Of a stretch of DNA of 63,867 nt, positions 40,957 through 54,212 are shown piece after piece. A program made the translations under genes and the position numbers. The first letter of the stretch is position 1, and the number at the start of each line of letters is the position of its first letter. The stretch lies in the NCBI RefSeq assembly GCF_001194135.2, contig NC_068991.1, positions 75,546,829 to 75,610,695 on the forward strand. The letters run 5' to 3'. The notes beneath the pieces were generated by a model, which did no database searches, was not told where the DNA came from, and saw only the letters and a program-made list of their open reading frames with translations. The DNA is from Octopus bimaculoides. Its lineage: Eukaryota.

Positions 40957-41477
40957 NNNNNNNNNNNNNNNNNNNNNNNNNNNNNNNNNNNNNNNNNNNN
41001 NNNNNNNNNNNNNNNNNNNNNNNNNNNNNNNNNNNNNNNNNNNNNNNNNNNNNNNNNNNNNNNNNNNNNNNNNNNNNNNNNNNNNNNNNNNNNNNNNNNN
41101 NNNNNNNNNNNNNNNNNNNNNNNNNNNNNNNNNNNNNNNNNNNNNNNNNNNNNNNNNNNNNNNNNNNNNNNNNNNNNNNNNNNNNNNNNNNNNNNNNNNN
41201 NNNNNNNNNNNNNNNNNNNNNNNNNNNNNNNNNNNNNNNNNNNNNNNNNNNNNNNNNNNNNNNNNNNNNNNNNNNNNNNNNNNNNNNNNNNNNNNNNNNN
41301 NNNNNNNNNNNNNNNNNNNNNNNNNNNNNNNNNNNNNNNNNNNNNNNNNNNNNNNNNNNNNNNNNNNNNNNNNNNNNNNNNNNNNNNNNNNNNNNNNNNN
41401 NNNNNNNNNNNNNNNNNNNNNNNNNNNNNNNNNNNNATCCGCCTAAGGATATAATAATAGATTACTTCATTTTTTCT

Positions 41478-41526
41478 GTCTCCGATGAAGGGAAGTACTG
41501 GATCTTCCCAGAAACAGCTGCAAGAC
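41478..41526 (+). ncRNA. Minimal type I hammerhead-ribozyme-like fold of the kind carried by Penelope-like elements, probably inactivated
   Basis: GTCT-CCGATGA-A-GGGAAG-loop-CTTCCC-A-GAAAC-AGCT-GCA-AGAC: stem I 4 bp, stem II 6 bp, palindromic AGCT loop III. Core deviations: U4>C, A10.1/A11.1 unpaired, U16.1>C. Confidence 0.5.
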
Positions 41527-41969
41527 TCTATCCATAAAATACTTCTCCAACCTTACCTTTGCTCTCTTTATCTTTTTGTTTTTATATATTTACATATACA
41601 CACGCTAATACACGACTTATAATACCCAATCCTGTTCATACAACGACTGGGGCAAACTAGTCGGTATGCAGCACTTACTCGGTATTACCTGTATCCTCCT
41701 GGGTTTGGTTAAATCCAATACCCTCCTCAACCTTATATATATATATATATATTTCTTCACAATATGTAAAATCCTAATTGGTTGATATAAAGGCTAGTTT
41801 ACCCATAAGAGTTTGTAGCTAGCATAATGATTTCTATATGCAACATATCTCAATTATTTGACTTCATATCTCTGATATATTCTATTCTATTTTTGCACCA
41901 ATTGTGTACTGTAACGACGCAAATTTGGATTATTTAGCTTAAGCTTACATTAATGTCAAATGGCTATAA

Positions 41970-42170
41970 GGCGGCGAGCTAGTAGAATCGTTACCACGCT
42001 GGTAACGACTCCGATCAGTGACGTTTTGTCTGTCTTACCGCCGAGGTTAACTTTGCCATTCACCCTTTCGGGTTCGATAAAATAACTGCCATTTAACTAC
42101 TGGGGTCGATGTAATTGACTTAATTCTCCGCTAGAATTGCTGGCCTCACACCAAAATTTTAAACCAATAT
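41970..42170 (+). mobile_element. SINE type B (CORE), diverged
   Basis: ggcggcgagctagtagaatcgtta...actttgccattcaccctttcgggttcgataaa...ggggtcgatgtaattgact. Confidence 0.75.
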
Positions 42171-42347
42171 TAACTTGATATTATGCAAGTACACAACGAT
42201 GAATAAGAGTAGATGTTTATTTAATCGATAGCTGAATCCTTTCGGTGCTAACATTTACTACCAGACAAGTAATTTTAGATAAAAATCACCAGAAAAATCA
42301 GTCAAGTATGGCTGTCTCTTTGCGTGTCATATTTTTGTTATTAATCT

Positions 42348-42686
42348 TCAGTAGTAATTGCAGAATAATAACATAAGTTTCAAGATGAACGATATTGAGT
42401 GAAAGAGTATGAGATTTATGACTCTGATGAAACAGTTCACAGAAATTTCTGTGAAGACAAGTGAAACTTTATTAAATGTTGAAATATAAATAGAAAACAG
42501 AAGGATTTCGATCTTGCGAGTTTCGTTAAAAGAATCATTGAAGCAAATCATTAAAGGCAATTCATATACGACAATTATTGAAGGAGTGCTAGGAATTTGC
42601 AACATTGAAAGAAACGAAGAATAGTCATGGGTGTGAGGTTCAATGCATTGAAGAAGTTTGCTTCCAGTTTCAGATCGACCAATTGC
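42348..42686 (-). CDS. Candidate orphan exon (112 codons, hydrophobic C-terminal half)
   Basis: Open from a strong acceptor (cttactttattcacccacAG|G) to a stop at 42348. I recognise no homology. Confidence 0.25.
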   Translation of the reverse strand, partial: AIGRSETGSKLLQCIEPHTHDYSSFLSMLQIPSTPSIIVVYELPLMICFNDSFNETRKIEILLFSIYISTFNKVSLVFTEISVNCFIRVINLILFHSISFILKLMLLFCNYY

Positions 42687-42721
42687 CTGTGGGTGAATAA
42701 AGTAAGTGGAAATGATATGGA

Positions 42722-42766
<45 letters not shown>

Positions 42767-43901
42767 ATGTATGAACACGTAGTTGACTACTACTGAAGGG
42801 GACGGAATAGCTCTAAACATATTGAGAAATTTATATTAAAGAGTGAAACGCATTTTTCTTCATTCCATGAAAGTCAAGGTAGTCGTAAATAGTACGATGC
42901 GATCCTCCTTTGGGATTCATCAGTGTGATATAACTTTAAACTTGAAATTAAATGAAATACAAAGTCGACACAGGTGGGATTTAAATTAGGAAGAATACAG
43001 AGAGATATGAAATTCATCTATTCATATACAATCAGTTTAGAAAGCGTTATTCTGTACACGTCCAGGAAAAAAAAATCACATAACAATGATCTTATTTTGA
43101 CTGACCGAAACACGATGTGAATGCTAATATTTAACGAAAATGTTTCAAACTTTCATTAAATTGAGGCTAATATTCTGAAAAAAAATTGTAATCTTATATT
43201 TCATTATTTTTAATTTGTTTCCTTTTTCTTTCATCAGACTTTCAAATTGATAGATTTTGATTTTTAAATATATGAATGTAATATTTTTTAATTATTCTTC
43301 CTTTTCGCTTACAAAAAGAAACGGAATTTAATTTTGTCTGGAATTTACGCATTTCTTTAAATTTTAATTAACTTATTTCCGTCCTTCCTTTAGAGCAAGA
43401 AGAAAACTATAAATTATAATTTTTCTTCAAAATATTAGGTCTGAAACGTTCATATCATTCAGCATTTGTTTACAAAAATTGAAAATATTGTAGTTAATTT
43501 GTTTACTGTTTGTGCGTGTTCTAAAACTATATAGTCACAAATAATTTATGCTAAAGATGCAATACATAATGTTTGGAAGAAAAAAATATTTATCAGAACT
43601 TATGTGTTCAGACATGGTTTGCTTTTGTAGAATACATCTCTGTAATTATCTGTCCCGGGGGCGTAGCAATATCATTACCTTGCACAGTAGACAATATACA
43701 TACATACATACATACGTATATACATATATACACACATACATACATACACACATACATACATACATTCATGCATACATACATACATACACACACACACATA
43801 CATACATACATACCTACATACATACATACATACATACATACATACATACGTACGTACATACATGTGTGTATGTGAATGTAATGAAGACACGTGGTTACAT
43901 G

Positions 43902-44111
43902 CAGTGTTTCTCAACCGAGCCCCATATAAGTTTTTGTCAAAGTTAATGAGCAATAAACTGGTCCTACTTCTACGATACACAAAATATTTCAGCAATTTTG
44001 TCTAATACAATTCCCAACAACATTTAATTATAAAAATGGGTCACTTTTTAACACGGGGTTCCAGTAGAATAAAATCGGAATCAATAAGCAAAATATAGTT
44101 GGGAATCACTG
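43902..44111. mobile_element. hAT (Charlie-like) MITE
   Basis: TIRs CAGTGTTTCTCAAC / GTTGGGAATCACTG. The 8-bp flanks gttacatg / gtttagtg match at only 5 of 8 positions. Confidence 0.65.
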
Positions 44112-45787
44112 GTTTAGTGGTTTGAGAATTGATCTGAAGGACAAAGATCATGGGTCCAGTTTTTGTATTGGGTAGTGTGCTGTGTCCTTATACAAGGCAG
44201 TTAATTTCCCGTTGCTCTAGTCTCGTCAGATGAGTACCAGCAGAGGCAAGATGTCTATTTGTTCACGATTATATTGACGAAAGCATCTCACCCACTACGA
44301 AGTCGTATTCGCTCACGAATGACGACTACGTAATATAAGATACACACACGCGCGCAAGCACACACGCACATATGCACACACACGCACACACTTGATTATA
44401 TATAGATGTATACACAAATATGCGTCAAATTAATACACATGCTCATTGTTCATACATCTGTCTTCGTCTTTTGTTTTTCTATAAATTTCAACTTATGAGT
44501 GTGTATGTGTGCTTGTGTCTGTGTGTGAAAAAAAATGCTGCGCCGAACGAAAACGCCTTGTGGTATTGGAATCCGTATGAACAACCTCTTTTGTTCTTCC
44601 CTGATATCTGTAGAATACGCAATAAACGAAGTCTTGGTACAATATAATCGAGTGAAACTTTAAAATGACTGCAGTAATGAAGCAAATAAAAAATGAAAAT
44701 ATAAATTGCCGCCTAATTTTATTACCGCTAATCTCTGTGTTGACCAATTATGTTTGTTTTAGATAAGAAATATGTTTTATTGCCAAATTTTAGCAGCGCA
44801 TCAACTCACCAACCTCTTAAAAGTCTCATCAAATTCTGGGTTACTAATCAACTTCATAGCAACTCATTAAATTTTGTGAACTAATTTAACTTTAATATCA
44901 GTTACTCTAGGAATTTTTCAAATTTAGAAATCAGTTTAAAGTTTTAGAAAACTACGAAGTAATTATTCAAATAGTTACTGGAATTAGTTAATTTCTTTTT
45001 ACAAATTCCGGCAAGAAGAGGAATAGTTCTTTTTTCTTTTTAATTTCACCAAATAGAACGTATTACATAGCGAGTCATAATGAGCACGTGATAACCTTCA
45101 TGATAATAATGTATTGGCTATGGCTACCACAGATTTAACAGGAACACGAAAAAATATTTTCATTCAACAATTAGATTTCATGTTATCCCCCCCACCCCAA
45201 AAAAAAATCTCCCTAATCGAGATGGATTTTCGTTCAGTTGAATTTTGTTAAACTTTTAATCGAAATGGAATTTTTGTTGATTCGGATTTTTCGTCTTTCT
45301 AATTTCATGACTATTTTGTTCCTTTACATCCATTTTACTGTTTTGTTATTCGCGTTTTTCTATTTAGTATCCGTTGTTTTGATGCTTAAATAATAACGAA
45401 AGTTTTGATTGTTTAAAGTTCTGAACTCTATCTTTTGATAATCTTTTTAGGAATTTTCTGAATCTTATGTTGTTTCAAAGCCATTTTGATATTTACATGT
45501 GTTTTACAACTTCAAATCTAATTTGTCTATTTATTAAATCTTATGACTTCTCAGTTGTTTTTTAATGCCCAAGTAATCTTCTTCCAAATTTTGATTTCTG
45601 AAAGTTTTCAACACTGACTTTCTTAAATATTTTATAATTTTTATTTCTCATCTTTAAAACAACAAATTTTAATTCTGTACACTAAACAAAACTGGACTTT
45701 AATATACGAGGAAAATCTCACTTACATATTTACTTCCAAGTAAAGAGTAAACAGACACAGACCTTCATAGGTATGTATGTATGTATG

Positions 45788-45820
<33 letters not shown>

Positions 45821-46654
45821 NNNNNNNNNNNNNNNNNNNNNNNNNNNNNNNNNNNNNNNNNNNNNNNNNNNNNNNNNNNNNNNNNNNNNNNNNNNNNNNN
45901 NNNNNNNNNNNNNNNNNNNNNNNNNNNNNNNNNNNNNNNNNNNNNNNNNNNNNNNNNNNNNNNNNNNNNNNNNNNNNNNNNNNNNNNNNNNNNNNNNNNN
46001 NNNNNNNNNNNNNNNNNNNNNNNNNNNNNNNNNNNNNNNNNNNNNNNNNNNNNNNNNNNNNNNNNNNNNNNNNNNNNNNNNNNNNNNNNNNNNNNNNNNN
46101 NNNNNNNNNNNNNNNNNNNNNNNNNNNNNNNNNNNNNNNNNNNNNNNNNNNNNNNNNNNNNNNNNNNNNNNNNNNNNNNNNNNNNNNNNNNNNNNNNNNN
46201 NNNNNNNNNNNNNNNNNNNNNNNNNNNNNNNNNNNNNNNNNNNNNNNNNNNNNNNNNNNNNNNNNNNNNNNNNNNNNNNNNNNNNNNNNNNNNNNNNNNN
46301 NNNNNNNNNNNNNATATATATGAACAGTATTGTCGACACAAGGAAATTTCAAATCCTACTCAAATCAAGCCCCACAATCTCGCCTGATAATACATACTTA
46401 CATACATACATACATACATACATAAATACATACATACATAACATACATCCATCCATACATACATACATATATCCATCCATCCATCCATCCATCCATCCAT
46501 ACATACATACATACATACATACATACATACGAGTGTGGGGCAAAATCTCTCTAGGAAAAAAACACCCCTAGGACAAAATTCCCCATAGTAAAAATGTGAA
46601 AGCGAACAAAATCCCCTGGGTTACATTTTTCGGTTATATTTCGTTTCTTTCCCC

Positions 46655-46935
46655 ACCCTTTACTTGTTTCAGTCATCAAACTGTGGCCATGCTGGGGCAG
46701 CGCATTGAAGAATATTCAGTTGAACCTGTCGAGTCCAGAATTTTGTTTTCCTTTTGACTTGTTGCACTTATTAGATTGCTGCCATGCTGGGGCACCACGT
46801 TGAAGAATTTTTAGACGACTAAATGTGGTATATTTTGTTTTTTTCCCTCATTTGTACTTGTTAAATCATTAGATTGCAGCCATTCTGGAGCACCGCTTTG
46901 AGGAATTTTTAGTCGAATGAATCGACCCCAGAATG
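46655..46935 (-). repeat. Three head-to-tail diverged copies (about 95 bp) of the SINE 3'-tail module
   Basis: The pattern acttgtt...catt.gat..c.gccatgctgg.gca...ttgaagaattttt occurs three times. Confidence 0.7.
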
Positions 46936-47658
46936 CTTTTTAGGTGATTTTCAATCAGCGCCTGAAATTATGCCTAGAAGGTCTCTCCATATGCTAGAAA
47001 TAACAGCCAAATTTCTTGAATTTTAAAATAATTTCACGTAAACAAAAGCGGAAATCTGGGTTGTAAAAAAGAAAAAAAGTTTATTTTCTAAAATTCCAAT
47101 TTTTAAGTAAACAAAAATATATTCAATCGAAAATAAATAAGTACAATAAAATGACTATTTACTACCCAATGTACATATTGACTGAATTCTAACAAAATGG
47201 AAATCATTTACTTCAAGAAATGTGTAGAAAGATGGAAATATTGAGAAGTCCGTTTGAACGACTAACTTTCGGCACCATAATTCTGTTAGATCTTTTAACG
47301 GCCGGACAAAGTCCAAAAGGTTAGCTCCTTCTCATTATTCTCTCCGAGCAGAGAGAAGAAAACAAAAGACTTACATTAAATTTAAATTTTAAAATGCTGA
47401 TTATCTACGACTAAAAATTCTTCAAGGCAGTGCCCCAGCATGGTCGCAGTTTAATGAGTGAAACAAGTAAAAAAGTAAAAAAGCCTGATAAATAACCAAA
47501 AAATATAACCGAGGTGGTTTTGTCCGTCTTCGAACTTTAACTAAAGGGTGGGTTTTTTTACCGGATCGCCATACATACATACATACATAATGCATACATA
47601 CATACATACACACATACGCATGTATGTATATATGTATTTGTGTATGTATGTATTTATA

Positions 47659-48153
47659 CGAAATGGTCTCAAAAAGTTCCCGTACTCGTTCCTTTTAACA
47701 AAAACAAATAAGCTATTTAGTTTAAGTTTTAACATAACCCCCTTTGAAATAGTCACATTGCGATGTAGTACACCCGTCGCAGCATTCCTGTCACTTTGGA
47801 AATCCTTTTTCAGAAATCGTTTTTCTTAAGCAAGTTGAGGACCGTCTGCGATTCGCTCTGGATCTCCACAACGATGTTAAAACGGTGATTTTGAGTTGCA
47901 TTTACTTCTTGGGAGAGTGGTGGAAGTCCGCAGATGTTACATCTGCCGAATAGGGCGGGTACGGAAGCAATACCATGTTGCTTTTGACGAGAAGCTCGCG
48001 AGTGAGGAGAGATCAGTCACTGGTTGCATTGTTGTGAAGAATCCAATTCTTCGCGCTCCACAGAACCGGTCGCTTTCACCGAATGTCCTCCCTCGAACGC
48101 TTTAAAATTTCGCAGCAGAACTCTTGGTTGACGGTCTGGCCCCGGGGGACGAA
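47659..48153 (-). mobile_element. mariner transposon, 3' half
   Basis: FVPPGQTVNQEF...KRPVLW..NWILHNNA...PYPPYSADVTSADF...DYFKG. TIR cgaaatggtctcaaaaagttccc next to TA at 47657-47658. Confidence 0.85.
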
Positions 48154-48721
48154 AGTAACTAGAAAAATATGACCTATCTTATAAGTAGCTGTGCAAAAAT
48201 GAATGATGTACGAATGATTTAAGATGCAGAAACTAAAACAGGAATTGCATGCTACAGAGAATAGTCAAGTATGTCAAAAAGAATAATCCTGGAGATCATA
48301 GGAGTAATTACAGTGATGTACAGGGTGTATCCAGTCATAATATGAAATAAAACTTGTGAAACGGTCCAATCAGAAACCTTCCGAAATGTCAATTCAAAAG
48401 AGCAGACATATTAAGTTGGAAAAGAAAGAATGCAGAGCAGAAGAAATCGATCGATTAGTTGACTTTAAGATAATGTTAATGATAAAAGTAAAAATAAAAC
48501 ATTTATCGGCAAACAGAAATGAATTGTAGAACTAGAAGAAATATAGAAGATGAAATGAGTATCTGATAAAAGGGGAAATAGAATTTAAAAAAAGATAAAG
48601 GTAAGAGGCATAGAAATGATCCTAATATGGGTGTAATCTAAGTACGGTAAGAAGTGGGGAAGACAGAAGTGAAAACAATATATAAATATGGGTTCATTCA
48701 ATATTTGTCAGTGAGAATAGA

Positions 48722-48918
48722 CTTCTTTTCTACTCTAGGCACATGACCCGAAATTTTGGTGGAGGGGGCCAGTCGATGAGAGCGATCTCAGTACTGAATT
48801 TATCGATCTCGGAAGGATGAAAGTCAAAGTCGACTTCGGCGAAATTTGAACGTAAAGACAGACGAAATACCGCTCAGCATTTCGCCCAGCGTGCTAACGT
48901 TTCTGCCAGCTCGCCGCC
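48722..48918 (-). mobile_element. SINE type B (CORE)
   Basis: Reverse complement of aggcggcgagctggcagaaacgttagcacgctgggcgaaatg...gactttcatccttcc. Confidence 0.8.
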
Positions 48919-50074
48919 TAGCGAGAAGAGATTTCTAAGAAACGTGTGATATAGTTATGACAAGTAGATTATTCTGGGGACTGAATGCATATGAAAAAAG
49001 CCAAATCTATAAAACTCGATATTTTGAAGAGGCCAAGGTTTGTAAGAATCAGACAGAATGATGTAAAGCATAACAATATGAGGCATTAAGATAAAAAAAT
49101 TCCTTTTGAAGGATATCAATAAATAAGTTTAAAAATACTATCTTTTGAAAACTTTTCAATATTCTCTATTATCAAATATTTAATTTCAGTAAAGTTAAAA
49201 TATTATCAGTTGGTGAGATAAGAACAGCAAAAATATTTTTATCACTGTTAAAAGAGATGTTAGGTCTGTTTCATATAACATGAAAATTTCAAAAAATTCA
49301 AGTCTTTCCAACTTAAAAAATAAAAAAACTAAGTCAGGGAAGATGAATATTTTGAAAAATATATATAATTCTGTTTTAAATCGAAAGTAGATAATAATAA
49401 AAAAGTAAGAAAGAAAACGTGAAATAAAAAATCTGGTAAAAGACATAACATTTTGATAATGTAAAATATGAAACGAAATATCTTAAGACGGTACAAAAAA
49501 ATCCGTGTTTTGTATCTTAAACATATGTATGAGACTGAAAGAAATAAAGATACTAACAGGAGAATGTGTAACAAGAAAAACAGTTTTAGAATACTACGCT
49601 ATATAAACAGTTTTGAGCACCAAGGGTCTGAACTTGAGGCTAAACAAGACAGCGAAAGTAAATATAGTAATAAGGATTCTATACCATACAAATGTAAAAA
49701 GTGATACTAAATGTAAAACTCACTATGCACACATACAAGCATACACACGGACACACATGCACATATATACACATACATATGAAAAGAAAAATGTAAATAT
49801 TCAATATCATTAGTTCGATAAATATAAGTTAACATTCATAAACTTGAAATGAGCTGAGATACGCTGTTAGTTACATATCGTTCTATGAGGCTTTCGTCGT
49901 AAATGTCTGACTGACGTTAAATATAAAGAAACTGTCAAGGCACGAGCTATANNNNNNNNNNNNNNNNNNNNNNNNNNNNNNNNNNNNNNNNNNNNNNNNN
50001 NNNNNNNNNNNNNNNNNNNNNNNNNNNNNNNNNNNNNNNNNNNNNNNNNNNNNNNNNNNNNNNNNNNNNNNNNG

Positions 50075-50315
50075 TGTATGTGAGTGTGTGTGTGTGTGTA
50101 TGTTTGTGTGTCTGTGTTTGTCCCCCTCAACATCGCTTTACAACCGGTGCTGTTGTGTTTACGTACCCGTAACTTAGTGGCCCGGCAAAAAAGACCGATA
50201 GAATAAGTACTAAGCTTACAAAAAATAAGTCCTGGGGTTGATTTTCTCGTCTAAAGGCGGTGCTGTAGCATGGCTGCAGTCAAATGACTAAAACAAATAA
50301 AAGAATAAAAGAATA
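50075..50315 (+). mobile_element. SINE type A, 3' half (5' part lies in a gap)
   Basis: gtgtttgtccccctcaacatcgc...gcatggctgcagtcaaatgactaaaacaaataaaagaataaaagaat. Confidence 0.8.
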
Positions 50316-50953
50316 TATTCATGTGTGTGTGTGAATGTGTGTATGTATAAGAAACAAGTTAAAATGATAGTCATTATATACTTTTCCTTCCTTGGCTTAC
50401 AACTGTTTCCGCTGATTAATTATAGGTACGTTACTACGTTATTGATAAGTTTACTTAATTGATCTACTGATCAATCGAGTAGAACTGAATGATCTAAAAA
50501 TATTAATGCTCCATTCATCAGATCCATTTCTCTCTATATATCTCTGGTTACATATGTGTGTGTGAGTTTGTTTTTGTGTGTGTGTGTGTTTGTGTGTGTG
50601 ATAAAGATATAGATAGAAAACAGAACAAAAACATGTGACACCAGCTTACGTCGTTTCATTACTAAGGAAACGCGTAAAGTAGAATAAGTAAATATTTGAT
50701 GAACAGAAACTTCTGTTTTGCTTTGTATCTTTACGATGTGAGCTATCCAGCTGTGAAATCTAATCAACTAAAACTCGGACTAATTCCCACCCTCCCAGCA
50801 TCCCAGCATCCCAGCATCCCAACATCTTTTTGGTATATAAGGAATACACAGTAAGTTCTAAGTATTAGTAACTTATGCAATTTAAATGTAAAACTCACTA
50901 TGCACACACAAGCACACACACGCACACACATGTACACACACACACACACACAT

Positions 50954-51002
<49 letters not shown>

Positions 51003-51372
51003 TAAATGTTACATATATATAATATATATATTGTATTGGTTGTATATATGTATATATATTATTTTGGGTGTCTTGCTACTGTGAGTTTCACCTGTGGCTG
51101 TACAAAAATATCAATCATGTTATAATTTGCCTCGAGATCCTGCGCATAGCTGGAACTCAGAGTAACAAGACATTGACTCGATTAACATAGAATACTTTAT
51201 TAATCTCTGCTATGGTACTAATTACACTTTTGCCGATAGTTAACCATACATATATACATACATGCATATACACTCATATATACATCATACATATATATAT
51301 ATACACACATATATATGTATATGCATATAGATGTGTGAGTATGTATGTATGTATGGTATGTACATATATATA

Positions 51373-51407
<35 letters not shown>

Positions 51408-51645
51408 NNNNNNNNNNNNNNNNNNNNNNNNNNNNNNNNNNNNNNNNNNNNNNNNNNNNNNNNNNNNNNNNNNNNNNNNNNNNNNNNNNNNNNNNNNNNN
51501 NNNNNNNNNNNNNNNNNNNNNNNNNNNNNNNNNNNNNNNNNNNNNNNNNNNNNNNNNNNNNNNNNNNNNNNNNNNNNNNNNNNNNNNNNNNNNNNNNNNN
51601 NNNNNNNNNNNNNNNNNNNNNNNNNNNNNNNNNNNNNNNNNNNNN

Positions 51646-51679
<34 letters not shown>

Positions 51680-52087
51680 GTATATACATATAGTATACAT
51701 ATATATCTATATAGTATACACATATATGCATATATGTACACACACATACGCACACTCACATACGCGCACACACATACACACATTTATATATACATATATA
51801 TGAACTGAAACTGTTTTTCTTTTGAAAAGGTCAAAATAATGTGAAATGAAACACACCGAACGACAAAAGTGAAAATAGGACAACACGCGAAGTCTTTGCG
51901 TGTATTTTAGAAATACAATCTTCAGTTGCTATTCTCTTTTCCCTTTTGTAGTTCACTTTGTAATTCATTTGGATTGTTTCGGTCTTAGCAAAAATAGTTT
52001 TATCTAAAGAAATATAAAATAGTTTTATCTAATTTAATATCACACAATGCTTCACTCTAATCATTCCATTAACATAAATGCATATAT

Positions 52088-52159
<72 letters not shown>

Positions 52160-52896
52160 TACGAACGAGCTTGTACTTGGTTTCAACGAAAAAAAAAAAT
52201 ACGGGTTGAGCGTAGAAATTTCAAAAGCGAGTCATACATTTTAATTTAATATTAGAGACACGTTGTTATTCATAACTAATAAAAAGTAAAGACGGTATAA
52301 ATTACATTTGGGCTGTAGATAAGAAACTTCCTCGGAAATATGGAACCTGAGTATTTTTTAAGGAAGTAAAAGAACAGAGATATTGAGATATAGTTGAATG
52401 TCTAAGACAGTATATCCATCTTATTAGAAATAATTTAAGATATACGCAAGATGTATTAGATGACATGCAATGCATATAGAACAGGCGATGATATTAATTC
52501 ATAGAGATTGTTTGAAGGAAAAACTAAAAAAGACAAAACTCAAAGATAAGCATGAAAATACAAGTAAAAGTATAAATAGGTCAATCAAATAGAGCATGCT
52601 GGTACATGTTTAATATATTGATACAAATATTCATATGTGTGCGTGTGTGTTTGTATGTGTATGAATTAATGTCGTCGTTTCATTAATCTACACCCTTCAC
52701 ATTTTCCCTATTTGTCTCCGATGACGGAATATCCCATATGCTTTAATATTAAGACTGTTTAATATATTGATATATATATGTATACTTACACATATATATA
52801 TACATGCATATGCATGCGTATATATATATATCTGCATTCAACATATATATATATACATACATATATATACATACTTACATATATATACATACATAC

Positions 52897-52939
<43 letters not shown>

Positions 52940-52958
52940 NNNNNNNNNNNNNNNTATA

Positions 52959-53036
<78 letters not shown>

Positions 53037-53540
53037 TATGTATACGCAAGTGTATGGTTCTTATGGGTAAATATTCACAAATAAGTATTCAGAGAGACAA
53101 AATGTAACTGAAGAATGCTTGAAGAAAATGTATAAGGAGCAGGATATTTCTTACACACATACACATATGTGCTTGTGTGTTTGTATCTATTGTGTGTATG
53201 TATATTTGTACGTTTGTATATATACACACATATTTATCCATATATATTTATATATAAGCAAACCACTCTCTCACCACATGCACATACATACACACATAGA
53301 AATATACATAGGAATATACACACACGCATATTCAAACAAGGATACAGGCACAAATACATATTTAAAGGATGGTTACAGTATGAAGTGGTTTCCTTTCTGA
53401 TGATAGGACTACCGGCGTCTAGTGCCATAGAGTATGGGAAGATGGCAACCACCTACATCAATGTATCATTCAGCCTAGACATTTCTACAAACTACACCTG
53501 TAGTTTTAATCTCTAATTTTGAAGATACTTTCCCCATTAA

Positions 53541-53613
53541 GTTACGTCTATTGAAAAGACGGTGACATGTAATGGGGAAAATTTCATGTCACCGTCGTTT
53601 CAATAGACGTAAC
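53541..53613. repeat. Near-perfect 29-bp inverted repeat with a 15-nt loop
   Basis: gttacgtctattgaaaagacggtgacatg / catgtcaccgtcgtttcaatagacgtaac; 28 of 29 positions are complementary. Confidence 0.95.
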
Positions 53614-53618
53614 GTTAA

Positions 53619-53841
53619 CCCATTAAGTCCCACTGTCCTATAAATAGGACACTAAATGAGAACATTAGATAAGCTATATCATATTGTCTCTGTGTCCAAT
53701 TTATAGGAGACCGAGTATTTCAATTTCTACTTGAAGTAAAGGAGTTTTAATAATTATTTCTTTCATTTTAACCTATTTTCAATCATCTGTAAAAATTTAA
53801 AAGTAATATTCAGAAATTTAAGTACTCTGGGACTTAATGGG
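53619..53841. mobile_element. piggyBac-type MITE (223 bp)
   Basis: Perfect 14-bp TIRs CCCATTAAGTCCCA / TGGGACTTAATGGG, with TTAA at 53615-53618 and 53842-53845. Confidence 0.9.
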
Positions 53842-53864
53842 TTAATGTTAGTTGCTCGTGCATA

Positions 53865-54212
53865 GAATTCACACAGCTAAAGTTGTTACTGAATGGCACA
53901 AGGAACATTCTAGTGAAGTTGAACATCTTATCTTGCCACCACAGTCCCCAGATCTCAATATTATTGAACGTTTATGGTGCATTTTAGAAAAACGAGTAAG
54001 GAGTCGATATCCTCCACTATCATCACTACAAGAACTGGTGACTGTTTTAGCTGAAGAATGGACAAAAATTCCTTAGGAAACAATTCAAACTTTGTACGAG
54101 TCCATACCTCATAGGATTCAAGCTGTAATTACTGCCAAAGGCCGTCCTACCCCATATTAAAATAAATTTGTTTGAAATTTTAAGCTGTTTCCATTATTTT
54201 GTCCAACCCTTG
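53865..54212 (+). mobile_element. Tc1-like transposon, 3' fragment
   Basis: IHTAKVVTEW...PPQSPDLNIIERLW...IPHRIQAVITAKGRPTPY*, then TIR tttccattattttgtccaacccttg followed by TA. Confidence 0.85.

Noticed and set aside
44488-44680. Two open minus-strand frames after a strong acceptor
   Set aside because: No credible donor, and the frames run into a microsatellite.
51125-51165. cctcgaga...ggaactcagagta hammerhead-like remnant
   Set aside because: Both core boxes deviate; too degenerate to call.
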